Of a DNA stretch of 64,000 nucleotides, positions 13,496 through 26,165 are shown in pieces; position 1 is the stretch's first letter; every line of letters starts with the position of its first letter. A model generated the notes under the pieces. It saw only the letters and a program-made list of their open reading frames with translations, searched no databases and was not told where the DNA came from. Position numbers and translations under genes: made by a program. Source of the stretch: Mytilus trossulus (taxonomy: Eukaryota); the NCBI RefSeq assembly GCF_036588685.1, contig NC_086374.1:52328001-52392000 (forward strand), in the 5' to 3' direction.

Positions 13496-14018
13496 CTAGA
13501 ACACACCCGTGATATCGCAGGTCCGTGACTGAATTAAAGTATTATAACTATATATGCAAGCCTTATTTTAGTATTCTTACTGATTAAAATACTACAATGG
13601 GTAACAATTTGACAATTTAGTAGTTTCATTATGACCCGTGTATAAAGCATATTAATCCCGAATACACCGTTTGGTGGTGCGCCTGTCATCAACCCTGTGA
13701 CTATGACCCGTTTATTATCTATAAAGCATATTAATCCCGAATACACCGTTTGGTGGTGCGCCTGTCAGATGCGGAACGTACAGATAAGGTAATCGGTAAC
13801 AGGTGAATATACTATTGGTATCGGTATCGGACTCGAACCCGGAACTTCTTCATTATTGGCAATATTAATTACGTGGAAAACAAAAGGGTCTGGAGTGGTG
13901 TAATTTTTAATCTACACCTTTGTACTATATTAGTTATATATAGAGTTGAATTCTTTGATTCGTCGTTTTTACGTGATGACGGCTGACAAATTGGACCTCG
14001 TAATTTTAGTATTATAGA
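13496..14018 (-). mobile_element. Non-autonomous Helitron (523 bp)
   Basis: The minus strand starts TCTATAATACTAAAA and ends with hairpin CC(T)GCGATATCACGGG + TGTGTT + CTAG. Inserted between A and T with no TSD; the sister unit lacks it (~6535). Internal ~60-bp tandem duplication at 13630-13768. Confidence 0.85.
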
Positions 14019-15129
14019 TTTTTAATATTGTGATAAAGCGGTAGGTTCGACATGCCATTTAACCAGGTTCAACAAACTATTTTTTCTAAAAATGTCATGT
14101 ACAAAGTGAGTCAGGGAATATGGCAGTTGTTATCAAATAGTTCGTTTATATGTATATTGTTGTTGGTTTTTGTTGCACTTCAGTGTCCCTACTGTTTCTT
14201 TTGTTTCCCTCTTATAGTTGATATGATTCCCTCGGTTTCAGTTTGTAAACCGTATTTGTTTTCTCTTAATTAATTTGTTTTTAAGCACTGGTATACTACT
14301 GTTGCCTATATTTATGATTCATCGTAAATCATTAGTTTAATCTTGCGTGTGCAAATTCAAATTCAATCGAATGGGTCAGACATTTATTATAAGTGATCAA
14401 ATTCTAGTACGCCAATTATATTGACTGTCACGCTGCTATCTTTCGCCCCTCTTTTGGTGAGATTGAAATTTATTTCGTTGGATTGTGTTTTTTGTATTAA
14501 GGTCAATATGCTGTCAGAAAGGGAATTCTTTAACTTATGAAATAATCATGCTCTCTTCGTGTAAAAAAACTTACATTCCTCATTCGGTATGCTTGAAACA
14601 TATTCGATATTAGCTTTTTCATTGGCAGCCTAAATTTTTCGTCCTTCAATGTGTTTGATCTACAACTATACTGAAGAAAAAACGAATTGAATTTATGCAA
14701 ACATAATTTTGTCAATTATTGTTTTTATAAAGTTCAAGATTGAGTAACTAACATTTTTTTTATAAAACGTAAATATGCATCATCTATTTAAATAATAATT
14801 GCATACATGCCGCTTCCTACGTTATCATTTGCAAAAAGCATCCGTTTATATAATTTGTAAATAAATCTTGAAGTTTCCCTCAGTAAAGTTATAAGATAAA
14901 TGAACTGTATCGTATTAACAAATTATCCTCGCTATGAAAGGTAATAAATACTCCTATCGCAGAGATTTGAAGTGCAGTAGTTATCGATGATGCAATGAAA
15001 CATGTTTATAAGTAATGTTAGAAAAACAGAAGAATGCTTAACGTTGGGAGTCTAATTTATCAAAGAATAAGATTGAGGACAGTCTAAATAACATCACTGC
15101 AATGGTTGACTCAATAAAAAAAAGATTAA

Positions 15130-16590
15130 ATCAATTTACTTGTGTGCAAAAGTGTAAGGAGCATTACTATCGTTAGCACTTCGAATAAGTTGTGCAGTCA
15201 AACATTATTTAAAATCAATGCATTTAAACAAAATCTTGCATGGATAAAAGGTTCGTCTGGTTAAAAATATGTTATTGGCGTATACTTCTTAAAAAGCGCA
15301 TAAAACAATTTTAGAAAAGATGCACGCATTATAAAAACCTGATAGGGATTGTAAAAAGCCAGACTTCCAAGTAAAAAATAACAGACTCGTTTCAAGTTTT
15401 ATTATTGTTTACGATCATGTTTGTACAGTTTCGGGAGAGACCAAGTCCATTTTAATTCAGACTAGCTAACAGGAAGTTAAAAGGTATTCTTCGCACTAGT
15501 ACTAACTTAAGAAATATTTTTGGTATATATCATAAGCAATCATGTCGTTACTCAAAATGAAAAAGGTACACATTGATATTTTCATGGAATTTATCTCATA
15601 TTTAATTTGATGTACATCATCTTTCATTAACAGTTATCTACGTAATTTGTCATAATGACGTCTTTTACATAAGATAAATTGAGATAGATATAACATCAGT
15701 TAATTTATTACCTATATTTGGATTTCATCATTAGTTGTAGAAACCTTCCAATTATCTAGGTCTACAATATTGATGTTTGACATTTGTATTTTCATCGATG
15801 AATTTAATAAGGATGAAACTGATCACGGAGAACAGTTCTGAAAATATAGACAATGTAATTTCCCATAGAAATACCCTCTTTGCGGCTAAACTGTGCCACT
15901 TTTACTATGAAGTTTCATAAAAAACTATTAATACTATATATCTCCCCAAAACAGGTATGGCTTTTACAAAGTGCAACATATAGAAAGTACATTTATTTGG
16001 CTAATATAATAGACATAAAAAAGAATACATCCGATCAAAGTTAAAGTCCCTAGTGTATGTCTTCATGCGATATTGTTTTTCGGTATTTGTAAATTCATCG
16101 TTTTATCAATATTATTGAATTTTTTAAATTGACAGCGAAGTTAAACAAAAGTAACATGTAAATGAAGCTGATAAATAAAAGCAACAGAAGTAGATTCGTG
16201 TTTAAAAGTCATAAATCGATAAAGAGAAAACAAATGCGGATTACAAACTATAACCGAGGAAAACACATAAAAATACATAAAAACATGTCTAAAAACAAAA
16301 AACATATAACTTAACCCAGTAAACAATGTCCTAGTTAATTTCGTACATTAGGTGGTTTATAAGTCGGTATGAAATACGTGTAGAACTGAAATAAAAAGAT
16401 GTCACTATGGTTGCTGATAAAACAACAGTTCACACCAACACCCAAAATTGCAAGCAAGTACAGATAATCAAATAGTTGTCGACAATCAACAAACTTCATA
16501 GAGTAGAGTGACAAGATACAGTGAATGAATAATAAATTGGTAAAAAAACACAACAAAGTCTCAAATTAGAATGCGTGTATGGCACTCACA
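15130..16590 (-). pseudogene. Decayed GPCR-like pseudogene, copy 2 (retains ECL2; interrupted by a repeat fragment at ~16171-16300)
   Basis: TM1-2 'FFTNLLFIHCILSLY..RQLFDYLYLLAILGVGVNCCF' (ORF 16335-16556), TM4 'RHTLGTLTLIGCILFYVY', ECL2 'SICCTL*KPYLFWGDI', TM5 'LFSVISFILIKF', TM6 'WLFTIPI', TM7 'IFNQTN(P)FIHA' (needs a 1-nt frameshift). Confidence 0.55.
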
Positions 16591-17719
16591 CCTATGTTTA
16601 AGTCGGCATATTTGTATATGCTTGTCCCAAACACTAGCGGTTGTCGTAAGTTGCCGTCTGTTTTTCGATATTGGCGAAACAGCTTAATTTTTATAAGACA
16701 AGACAATGTACTATATGTCAATTATAATCCTGGTACTTTTGATAACTACTAAAGAAGAATCAAACAAAATGAATAGATCTCATTAAGTAGACAAAACATT
16801 ATCAATAGAAAAACAAAGGAACAAAGGACAAACCTAAATTTTAAGCAACAATAAGCCTACCAAAACATCCGAATAAACTCGGTTAAATAGCATTTAGACT
16901 CACCATATCGATTCTTAGCACACAAAAGAAAACCAAGAAAAAGACAAAAGACGAAACTATCGATCTTAAAGTGCTTAAGTACTTGCATTTGATGAAGATC
17001 AAAGCCCACTTCAAACAATTATTTTATATGATTTTATTTTAATTGACGATGTTTTTGAAGACAACAACAAATTATAAAATGGAAAACAAGAATTTAATAA
17101 TGTCTGTCCCCAATGACACACTGGTTTACAATTAAGTCTCAATATTGAAACTTATAGGAAAGTTCAAATTTTTGGAGTAATTCTTTAATCCATACACGTC
17201 GATTTCTATAGAATCCAGAATCGAATGCTTATCAACTTGAACAAATGCGTTTTATATTGTTTTAAATGAGATAAATGAACAAGAAATGTATATTCATCAC
17301 ATTGACTTCTTTGTTTTCGTTAAATTATCTTAATTCCACAGAAATATATTTTGCTGGATAATAACCACACTTCGCGATGTGACAAATATATCTGAACATT
17401 ACAATGCAGCAAACGAAAATGTAACATGAAAACAACTCATCATATAAAAATATGAATGGACGAATACATGAAATTACATGTTTCCTCCGAATTAAATCAT
17501 TATTCTCCAACAGTTGACACAGAATATCCAATCAAGACATCAAAAATATGTGTTATGTCAATTCTGAGATCAGAATTAGTAATATCGTCATTGTTGTATC
17601 TTTGTTTCATCTTGTTCTTAGATGATGCATGAATGCTATTGACAGTTTGGCTGTGTGCTAATGTTAATCTATCGTGTCAGAGACAATACTGTCTAGGCTT
17701 TAGAGATACACAGTGGTAT

Positions 17720-18055
17720 AATGCTTGTCAAACTGCGCATCTGGTGCAGTGAAACTTGTATCTTCATTGGTATCTCAATGGGTCGATACCTCTGCTGGTG
17801 TAATGCATTAACTCCAGGGTACCATTTGCACAGTAAAAATACGGAGATTGTTTTATCTATATTTGCTGTAATGAAATTCGAAATCATTTTGGATGAATGA
17901 ATATCTCACTCATACATAGTACTCATTCCTTGTACCTTTTAGGCAAAACCTTTGGACCTGCATGGTTTTATTAGATCTTCTGTATTATGTTTTGGATTTG
18001 AAAACTTTTGGCCTCAAAAGTAATTTGTTTGTCGACATCGGATGTAGTAATTTAT
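17720..18055 (+). mobile_element. Decayed retrozyme-like monomer bounded by two hammerhead remnants
   Basis: Starts with the 3' half of a family-2 HHR (TTGTCAAACTGCGCATCTGGTGC) and ends with the TTTGGATTTGAAAACTTTTGGCCTC..TTGTCGACATCGGATG remnant; spacing ~300 bp. Confidence 0.5.
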
Positions 18056-18436
18056 ACAGTGCATTTTTATTATACATGTACATGAATGTGTTCGTACGAT
18101 TGAAAACGATATTACAATACATATTTGCCTCTCATTTATGATTGTCTTCTAAAAAATCAAGGTAAATTCTGGGTTAAACGAGCTCCTTAGAACACATTCT
18201 GTCTTTTATTCCACTTCTGTAGGGAATATTTATTAAAACAGCTATTGTTGTCTGCTTTCATAATAAGATTTTATGTCTTAATTAAATCAAACGATATATC
18301 TTGGTTTTGGATTGATTGAACAATTTTCCTTACACTTTTTTCTATTGGCTGTGCGTATACTCAATGTAAATAATCTCGTTTCTGCACAATGATATTGTGC
18401 ACTATCAATCACAAACTATTGATAAGAAAATGAGGA

Positions 18437-18889
18437 GGTCCGAGACCACAATTATTTCGTAGTGCATTTCTCTTAGAACATAAATGAAAATAAAAAAAAA
18501 TCCAAACTGCGCTTTCTCAATGATTTTTTTTCAGTGTGTTGTACTACTTTTGGGACAAATTATATCAAAATTATAGAAAATTTAATCGGCTATAACTCAA
18601 AACATGAAACATTTTATGTTAAGGGCGTCTTGAAATCTTTTGACAGCTTCTAAAGTGCTAATTTTTAACCTTTTCCAGCTGGATCAAATCACTACTTTCC
18701 TTTAAAATTCGGGACACAATTGTTTTTAAAGTGTAATTCCCCCCCCCCCCTTCTTGCAATTTGACGCATTAACATTGAGAAATAAATTTGGAAGGGGTAT
18801 ACAAAATAATGGCAAGAAACCCACCGTCAACACTAGGGACTATACTCGTGAACAACGAAAATCAAGGACGACAATTGTGGTCTCGGACC
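18437..18889. mobile_element. 453-bp non-autonomous TIR element
   Basis: Perfect 17-bp TIR GGTCCGAGACCACAATT / AATTGTGGTCTCGGACC. Flanks AGGA / AGTA suggest a 4-bp TSD. Sister units show the empty site (TTGAGTATATCAAA at ~32864). Confidence 0.85.
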
Positions 18890-20082
18890 AGTAAATCAAA
18901 CAATTTGAATAGCTTCATTTGATATGTCCTGTTTCGATCGAGGAACTTTGATATATCCGTGTTATTAATAACACGAACACTGCTTTTAAGTCTCTTTTTT
19001 CAGAACATTTATATTATAATTATTTAATTACGCCTGACAATCAACTCATCATAGATACCATGATTGACAAGTTTCAGTCAGTTCTTTTTACTTCGATTCT
19101 AATTCGTGGCACTACTTACCCCATTATGAACTTATATTTTCTTGAAGACAACTAATTGCAATATCAATCACAAGCTATTAGCAAAAATCCGAGTATATCA
19201 AAATCTTTGAAAAGCTTAATCTGATTTGCCTTGGTTCGAGCGAATGACTTCTATATATCTGTGTGATTAAACGTTTAGGTTCTTTTCATAATTTTTATAC
19301 TAGTAATATAACGTTTTTAATATCGTCTGTTTTCAGTAAGTTCATTTTTACTTTCATCCAAAGTCAAAACACAACTAACCCCATCTTAAGCTTATATTTT
19401 CTGAAAGAACAATTAATTACATTCGAAATATTTTTTGACATGCCACAATATGACCTTATACAAATATTATATAACAAGCACATGCTACCAGAAATGATTC
19501 GTCTGTCTCAATAAAACAGTACAAGCTTGCAATCAATTTTGTAGTTACGTAAAACCGACCGATTTCATTAAACCTTTATTACTCTCCCCACTTTGGGTTT
19601 TCAGACATCTATATCCCACGGCATTAATGATGTATTCAGTATTATTGATAGTTGAAATATTGCTAAGTGTTCTGGAAATTCTAATGTAAAGAAAATCTCT
19701 TAATCTCTTTGGGTAGACCAGTTTGCAAACATACACGTTATTTATTGCATTTGTATTCTGAATGGTACTGTAGTAATGATAGAATGAAGAGCTCATTTTG
19801 ATATTTTCGCTTTATTTGTTCCTGTGCCTCGTTGTGGAAAGATCGCAAATAAGAATGGCTAATAACTGTCTGCTTGTCTTTTTCGTGTTTAACCGTTGTC
19901 AGTTTGTTTTAGATTTATGAGTTTGACTGTCCCTTTGGTATTTTTCGTCCCTCTTTTATATGATCATTGGAAGTTTTAACTTGATATTAATTGCATAATT
20001 GTGGTACATCTTTTTTTGAATTTAGTGTCATCAATGACTTTCAACTTAGTACTTGTTTGGCTTTATAACTATTTTGTTCTGA

Positions 20083-20126
20083 GCGTCACTGGTGAGTTTA
20101 ATGTAGACAAAACGCACGTCTGGTGT
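20083..20126 (+). ncRNA. Hammerhead ribozyme remnant (family 1), decayed
   Basis: GCGTCA-CTGGTGA-GTTT(AATGT)AGAC-AAAA-CGCACG-TC-TGGTGT; both core boxes are mutated. Confidence 0.65.
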
Positions 20127-20619
20127 ATTGAATTATAACTTGGTACCTTTGATAAATATTTAGTAACTGTGTGTATGTTTATAGTGTTCTTAAGAAGCGG
20201 CTTTATGCCATCTCTGTAGATTTCCTTTTATATATATATATGTACAGAAGATAAAAAATATATGAACACACGATAAGAAACATATGTATATTTAGATGTG
20301 ACTATATCTTATGGAATGTTCCGTTTGGGTTTGTGAATAGTGCAGAATTTGCGTCTGTTCCTACATATACTTTGTTATTTTAGTCAATTTTGTTTCCATT
20401 ATATCAATTGCATATTCTCTTCTTTGGAATTCATTATTGGCTTGTTTCCGAGAAAGTTTCACTTGATTTAAAACTAAGAAAGTTTAACTTATTACATGAC
20501 CCTAACAAGATTGAGTAGTTTCAGTGATGATAACAAGAGAACAGAAAGTATACTTAATCAACGAATCTGAAAGTGTTATTATTTAAAATATCCCTGCATT
20601 GGTTGACATGATAAAAGAG

Positions 20620-21890
20620 ATTAATCAATCTACTTGTGGTCAAAAAGTGTGAATAACATTCATTTTATCAGCTCTTCAAATAAGGTGTGGATTCAAATCT
20701 TATTCAAAAGCAATGCAGTTAAACAAAATCTAAGCATGGATTAAGGGTTCTTTTGGTTTGAAATAACAGTATTTATTGGCGTATATTTCTGAAACACACA
20801 TACAACAATCAGGAAAAGTGGTAATAAATTGTTAGGTATTGAAAAGGGCTTAGTTTCGAAATATGATATAAAAGTATGTTTCCTTTTTTTTATACGCATG
20901 TCTGTACATTATTGCTAGTCAATTGATGTTTAGCTCACATGACGTTAACATATATTCTTCGCACTTTTGCTTGTCTGTTCTTGTTGTTTATGTACACCGT
21001 TTAAATGCGCGAAATAAAATATTAACTATTGATTCAAATGAGAAATATTTTTTCTTCTCTATGTTTTTTGTATTTTTGTTTTTAGGCATTACGTCATACT
21101 TTTCAGCTGAAATATCGTTTAAAGTTATTTTTCCACTTTCATGGAATGTTTCAGATGTTTTATTTGATGTTTATTTCAGTTATCTGCGTAATTTGTAATA
21201 ATGACGTCGTTTTTTTCAGATCAATTGAAAAGGATACAAAATCAGTTTATTAATTACCTATATTTGGATTCAAGTTGTATACATATTCTAAGATGTTAGT
21301 TGTAAAAACCTTCCAATCATCTAAGTCTGCAATATTGATGCTTGACTTTGGAATTTGAAGAATTCTAATAATGATGAAACTGGTCACGGGGATGAAAGAA
21401 AGGACATCTCTTTGAAGCTCATAGACATAAAAAAAACCCACAAAAAACAAAGAACATATGCCGATAAAAGTTGAAGTCCCTATTGTATGTCTGCAGACGA
21501 TATTGTTGTTTGGTGTTTTAAATTTCATTGCTTTAAATCAGTGAATCATATAATTGACAACTAAGATCAAAAGAATAACATATCAATGAGTATGATAACC
21601 ATGCAAAAACACAAATACAGATATATTTTGTACATGATGTGATTCAGGCGTTACGAAATCTGTGTAAAATTGAAATATAAAGTAGATATGGCATGTTGAG
21701 AATGAAACAACAATTCACACAAAAGATCAAAGTTGCAAAGAAATACAGATCATCCAAAGGTTGTCCACGGTGATCAACAAACTCCATAAAATAAAGTGAA
21801 CAGTTACAGTGAATGGATAACACATTAGGAAATATAAAACAATAGAGAGTCAGACCTAAATTAATAGAAGCGTTGCGCACTCACAAACAT
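20620..21890 (-). pseudogene. Decayed intronless 7TM class-A GPCR-like pseudogene, copy 3 (ECL2 region deleted)
   Basis: Hand translation: N-glycosylation site NAS, TM1 'CFIFPNVLSIHCNCSLY', TM2 'YFFATLIFCVNCCF', in-frame past one TGA to TM3 'TKYICICVFA', then after a frameshift TM4 'RHTIGTSTFIGICSLFF', TM5 'VLSFIPVTSFIIIRIL', an S/T/N-rich loop, a TM6 remnant at ~20830 and TM7 'NP(L)IHA' at ~20740. Several stops and frameshifts. Confidence 0.55.
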
Positions 21891-23532
21891 GTTTAACCCG
21901 GCACATATTGATATGGTTGTCCCAAACCCTAAAAGTTGTCATAAGTTGCCGTCTATGTTTCGACAATGGCATTGCAGCATGAATTTGAAAAGGACGACAC
22001 AAGAAACCAAGGAAGAATCTAACAAAATGAATAAAACTTTAAAGCAGACAACAAGATTAACAATAAAAAGGAAAGGAGCAGAAGAAACAACTAGACATAA
22101 AGCAACAATTACCCCACCCAATAAACTCGGTTAAATCACATTTAGACTTACCATGACAATTCCTAAGCACACACATAAAAAACAACAAATAGACAAAAGA
22201 CGCAACCTATCGATCCTAAAGTGCTTAGTATAAGTTCTTGCTTTTACTGAAGCTAGGTCAAAACCCACTTCAAACTATTAGTTTATATGAATATTTTTAA
22301 TAGATGTTTTCGTAGACATCAACAAATTATAAAGAAGGAAAACAATGATGTCTGTCCACGATGACACACTGGTTCACAATTAAGTCTCCCTATTAAAGCT
22401 TATAGGAAAAACAGAATTTACAATATAATTCTTTAATCAATACACATCGATATTTATATGAATGAAGGCAGCTTTTGGGTCTTTGAGCCAGAAAACAAAA
22501 CAATACGGGAATATGCACGTGTTTACTCATATTTTTGTTTGTTTTCCCTTTTGACCATAATTTGTATTTGTCTTATTACAGTTTGTTGCATCTGTTAATC
22601 ACCACTTTTTATAGACTTTGGAGAGTTTAGAAATCGATGTATTGTATAAATACCTGTTTGTTATTTTAGACTGTAATTTGCAACTTTGTTGTTTTTCCAC
22701 GGATTTCTGTCTCAATTACTATTTCCATATTTTCTTATGTACACAACATATATTTGTCGTTGATTAAATGCATGCCTAAACTCCAAAATATTATCATTGG
22801 CTGGAGAATACACCACTCTTCGTTCTAGGCGATGTGACGAAGTATGAATGAATATAACAATTCAGCTAACGAAAAAAAAACATGTAAACAACTTTTTATC
22901 TGAAAATATAAACAGACGAATGGATGAAAAGACGTGTTTCCTCTGAATAAGAATCATTATTGTCCAAACAGGTGACACAGAAAATCAATTCAATACAAAC
23001 AAAATATGTTCTGAGATCAGAATTAGTAATATCGTCGATGGTATATCGTTGTTTCATCTAGTTTTCTGCTTATGTAAAACAATAGTGACAGAGACCATGC
23101 TTCCTATGCTTTAGATACACACAGTGGTCTAATGTTGAATACATTATTTAAATTTGTTGTTAATAAATTCGAAATCATTTTAAATTGAGAAATATATCTA
23201 GTAATGCACAATCTTGTTCTTATTTGGCAATCCTTTTGGATCATGTTGGTTTAATTATTTCTTTAACATCAGTATTATGTTTGGATTTTAAAACTGTTGG
23301 TCTCGAGAGTATATTTTGTAACATCTGATGCAGAAAATTCTTTATACATGTATGTGTACGAATGACAACGATATTACAATTATCTATTTTGCCTTTCATT
23401 TCTGTGTCTGGGGTTAAACTCTGGGTTAAAAGAGTTCCTCAAAATTCAATCTGACTTTTATTACTCATATGTATGGAATATTAATTTAATCCACAGCTAT
23501 TGTCTGCTTTCATATAAAACACTTGTATCTTA

Positions 23533-24171
23533 AGCTGGGGTCACGCATTCACGATTTTTACTACCGTTCTTGACAGGACCATTCCCGATTAAAATTTATT
23601 AAAAGTCTGATCAAGATCCTGTGAATCGTTGATGGAAATTCAAACTTAAATTATAATTTGTAAAAAAATTAATTTGATCACCACAACAATCAGATAGTGT
23701 TCAGGAAGCACCGATATTCAACCGTTTCTAAGCGAATTAGTCCCGATAATCCCTTTCTGAATCCGCTTCTAATCCGATTTGTATTTTTCGCCAGGTAAAA
23801 TTCGACCGAGTCTGCCACGACTGCGTCCCGACTCTACCGAATGTAATCCGACTGAGATCAGACAGTGACCAGACAGTGAACCGACGCTGACGGAAGTTAT
23901 ACGTTCGAAAACTGTCGGCATATTCGGGATGATCAGGTACTCTCGGAACGTAATCCTATCACGGTCCGCTCTATCGCATTGCAAACGGCTTTGTCTGGTC
24001 TCAGTCGTATTGTATTCTGTAATTGTCGGGACTCTGACGTGGGTATCATTGACGAATCTCGTATTAATAGCGGGACTGTTTCGGAACGGTTTCGGCAAAA
24101 AACGGTTCGCAATCGACAAGATCTGGATGCATTCTGGACTCAATCGGCAGACAAACAGCTATGAAAAATTA
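23533..24171 (+). mobile_element. PIF/Harbinger-type non-autonomous element, copy A (3'-truncated at an internal TTA)
   Basis: Host TTA at 23530-23532, then AGCTGGGGTCACGCATT; stops exactly at the internal TTA (24169-24171) where copy B begins. Confidence 0.85.
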
Positions 24172-26162
24172 AGCTGGAGTCACACATTCACGATTTTTAC
24201 CGCCGTCCTTGACAGGACCATTCCCGATTAAAATTTATTAAAAGTCTGATCAAGATCCTATGAATCGTGGATGGAAATTCAAACTTAAATTAAAGTTTGT
24301 AATGCGGGGTTCACACATTGCCGATTATTGCTCCCGTTTGAGATCAGACAGTAATACGATATGAAAAGTGAAAAAGTCGGATTGGTATCCTCAATTATCT
24401 GGAATGTCCTATCATTGTCTGAACGCATTCGTTTTGGTTCGTAACAGATTCCTACGGATCGGGAAGGGTCCGAATAGTTCGGCAAAGCATCCCGACAGTT
24501 AGGTGCGTCCCGTAACATTTGGGGCAACTCAGCCGATTTTGTCTAATCGGATTACAATCGTGGCTATGTCGTGACAGATTCTGCTGTATCGGATCAAATT
24601 CCGAACAATGTCTTGTGTATTCTGGACGGTGTCCTGTGGAACGGGAATGATCCGGAGTAATTTTGCATAGCTGTTTTTCTGCCGATTGAGTCCAGATTGC
24701 ATCCAGATCTTGTCGATTGCGAACCTTTTTTTGCCGAAACCGTTCCGAAACAGTCCCGTTATTAATACGAAATTCGTCAACGATACCCACGTCAGAGTCC
24801 CGACAACTACAGAATACAATACGACTGAAACCAGACAAAGCCGTTTGCAATGCGATAGAGCGGACCGTGATAGGATTACGTTCCGACAGTACCTGATCAT
24901 CCCGAATATGCCGACAGTTTTCGAACAAATAACTTCCGTCAGCGTCGGTTCACTGTCTGGTCACTGTCCGATCTCCGTCGGATTACATTCGGTAGATTCG
25001 GGACGCAGTCGTGACAGACTCGGCCGAATTTTACCTGGCGAAAAATACAAATCGGATTAAAAGCGGATTCAGAACGGGATTATCGGGACTTATTCGCTTA
25101 GAAACGGTTGAATATAGGTGCTTCCTGAACACTATCTGATTGTTGTCGTGATCAAATTATTTTTTTTACAAATTTTAATTTAAGTTTGAATTTCCATCCA
25201 CGATTCACAGGATCTTGATCAGACTTTTAATAAATTTTAATCGGGAATGGTCCTGTCAAGAACGGTAGTAAAAATCGTGAATGTGTGACCCCAGCTTAAA
25301 CAAAATAAATTTAATCACGACAACAATCAGATATTGTCCAGGAAGCGTCGATATTCAACCGTTTCTAAGCGAATTTATCCCGATAATCCCGTTCTAAATC
25401 CGTTTCTAATCCGATTTGTATCTTTCGCCAGGTAAAATTCGACCGAGTCTGTCACGACTGCGTCCCGATTCTACCGAATGTAATCCGACAGAGATCAGAT
25501 AGTGACAAGACAGTGAACCGACGCTGACGGAAATTATCCTTTCGAAAACTGTCGGCATACTCGGGATGATCAGGTACTGTCGGAACGTAATTATCCTATC
25601 ACGGTCCTCTCTATCGTATTGCAAACGGCTTTGTCTGGTCTCAGTCGTATTGTGTTCTGTAATTGTTGGGACTCTGACGTGGGTATCATTGAATTTAGAA
25701 TTTATAACGGGACTGTTTCGGAACGGTTTCGGCCAAAACGGTTTGCAATCGACAAGGTCTGGATGCAATCTGGACTCAATCGGCAGAAAAACAGCAATGA
25801 AAAATTTCTCCAGATCATTCCCGTTCCACAGGACACCGTCCCGAATACACAGAACATTGTTAGGAATTCGATCCGATACAGCAGAATCTGTCACGACATA
25901 GGCACGATTGTAATCCGACTAGACAAAATCGGCTGAATTTCCCCGAATTTTACAGGACGCATCTAACTGTCGGGGTGCTTTGCCGAACTATTCGGACCCT
26001 TCCCGATCCGTAGGAATCTGTTACGATCTAAAACGAATGCGTTCAGACAATGACAGGACATTCCAGATAATTGAGGATACTAATCCGACTTTGTCACTTT
26101 TCGTGTCGTATTGCTGTCTGATCTCAAACGGGAGCAATAATCGGCAATATGTGAACCCTGCA
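24172..26162 (+). mobile_element. Harbinger-type copy B (994 bp when rejoined: 24172-24302 + 25300-26162), split by copy C
   Basis: Left TIR AGCTGGAGTCACACATT and right TIR ATATGTGAACCCTGCA, flanked by TTA on both sides; the sequence resumes collinearly after copy C. Confidence 0.88.
24303..25296 (-). mobile_element. Harbinger-type copy C (994 bp, complete, inverted, nested in B)
   Basis: TGCGGGGTTCACACATT...AATGTGTGACCCCAGCT with a perfect TAA TSD at 24300-24302 and 25297-25299. Confidence 0.92.
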
Positions 26163-26165
26163 TTA

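Noticed and set aside
21900-22165. Alternative reading of this hydrophobic frame as TM1-TM3 of the GPCR pseudogene
   Set aside because: The downstream segments already supply TM1-TM7 with better motif order and spacing, so this block is reported separately as unexplained.
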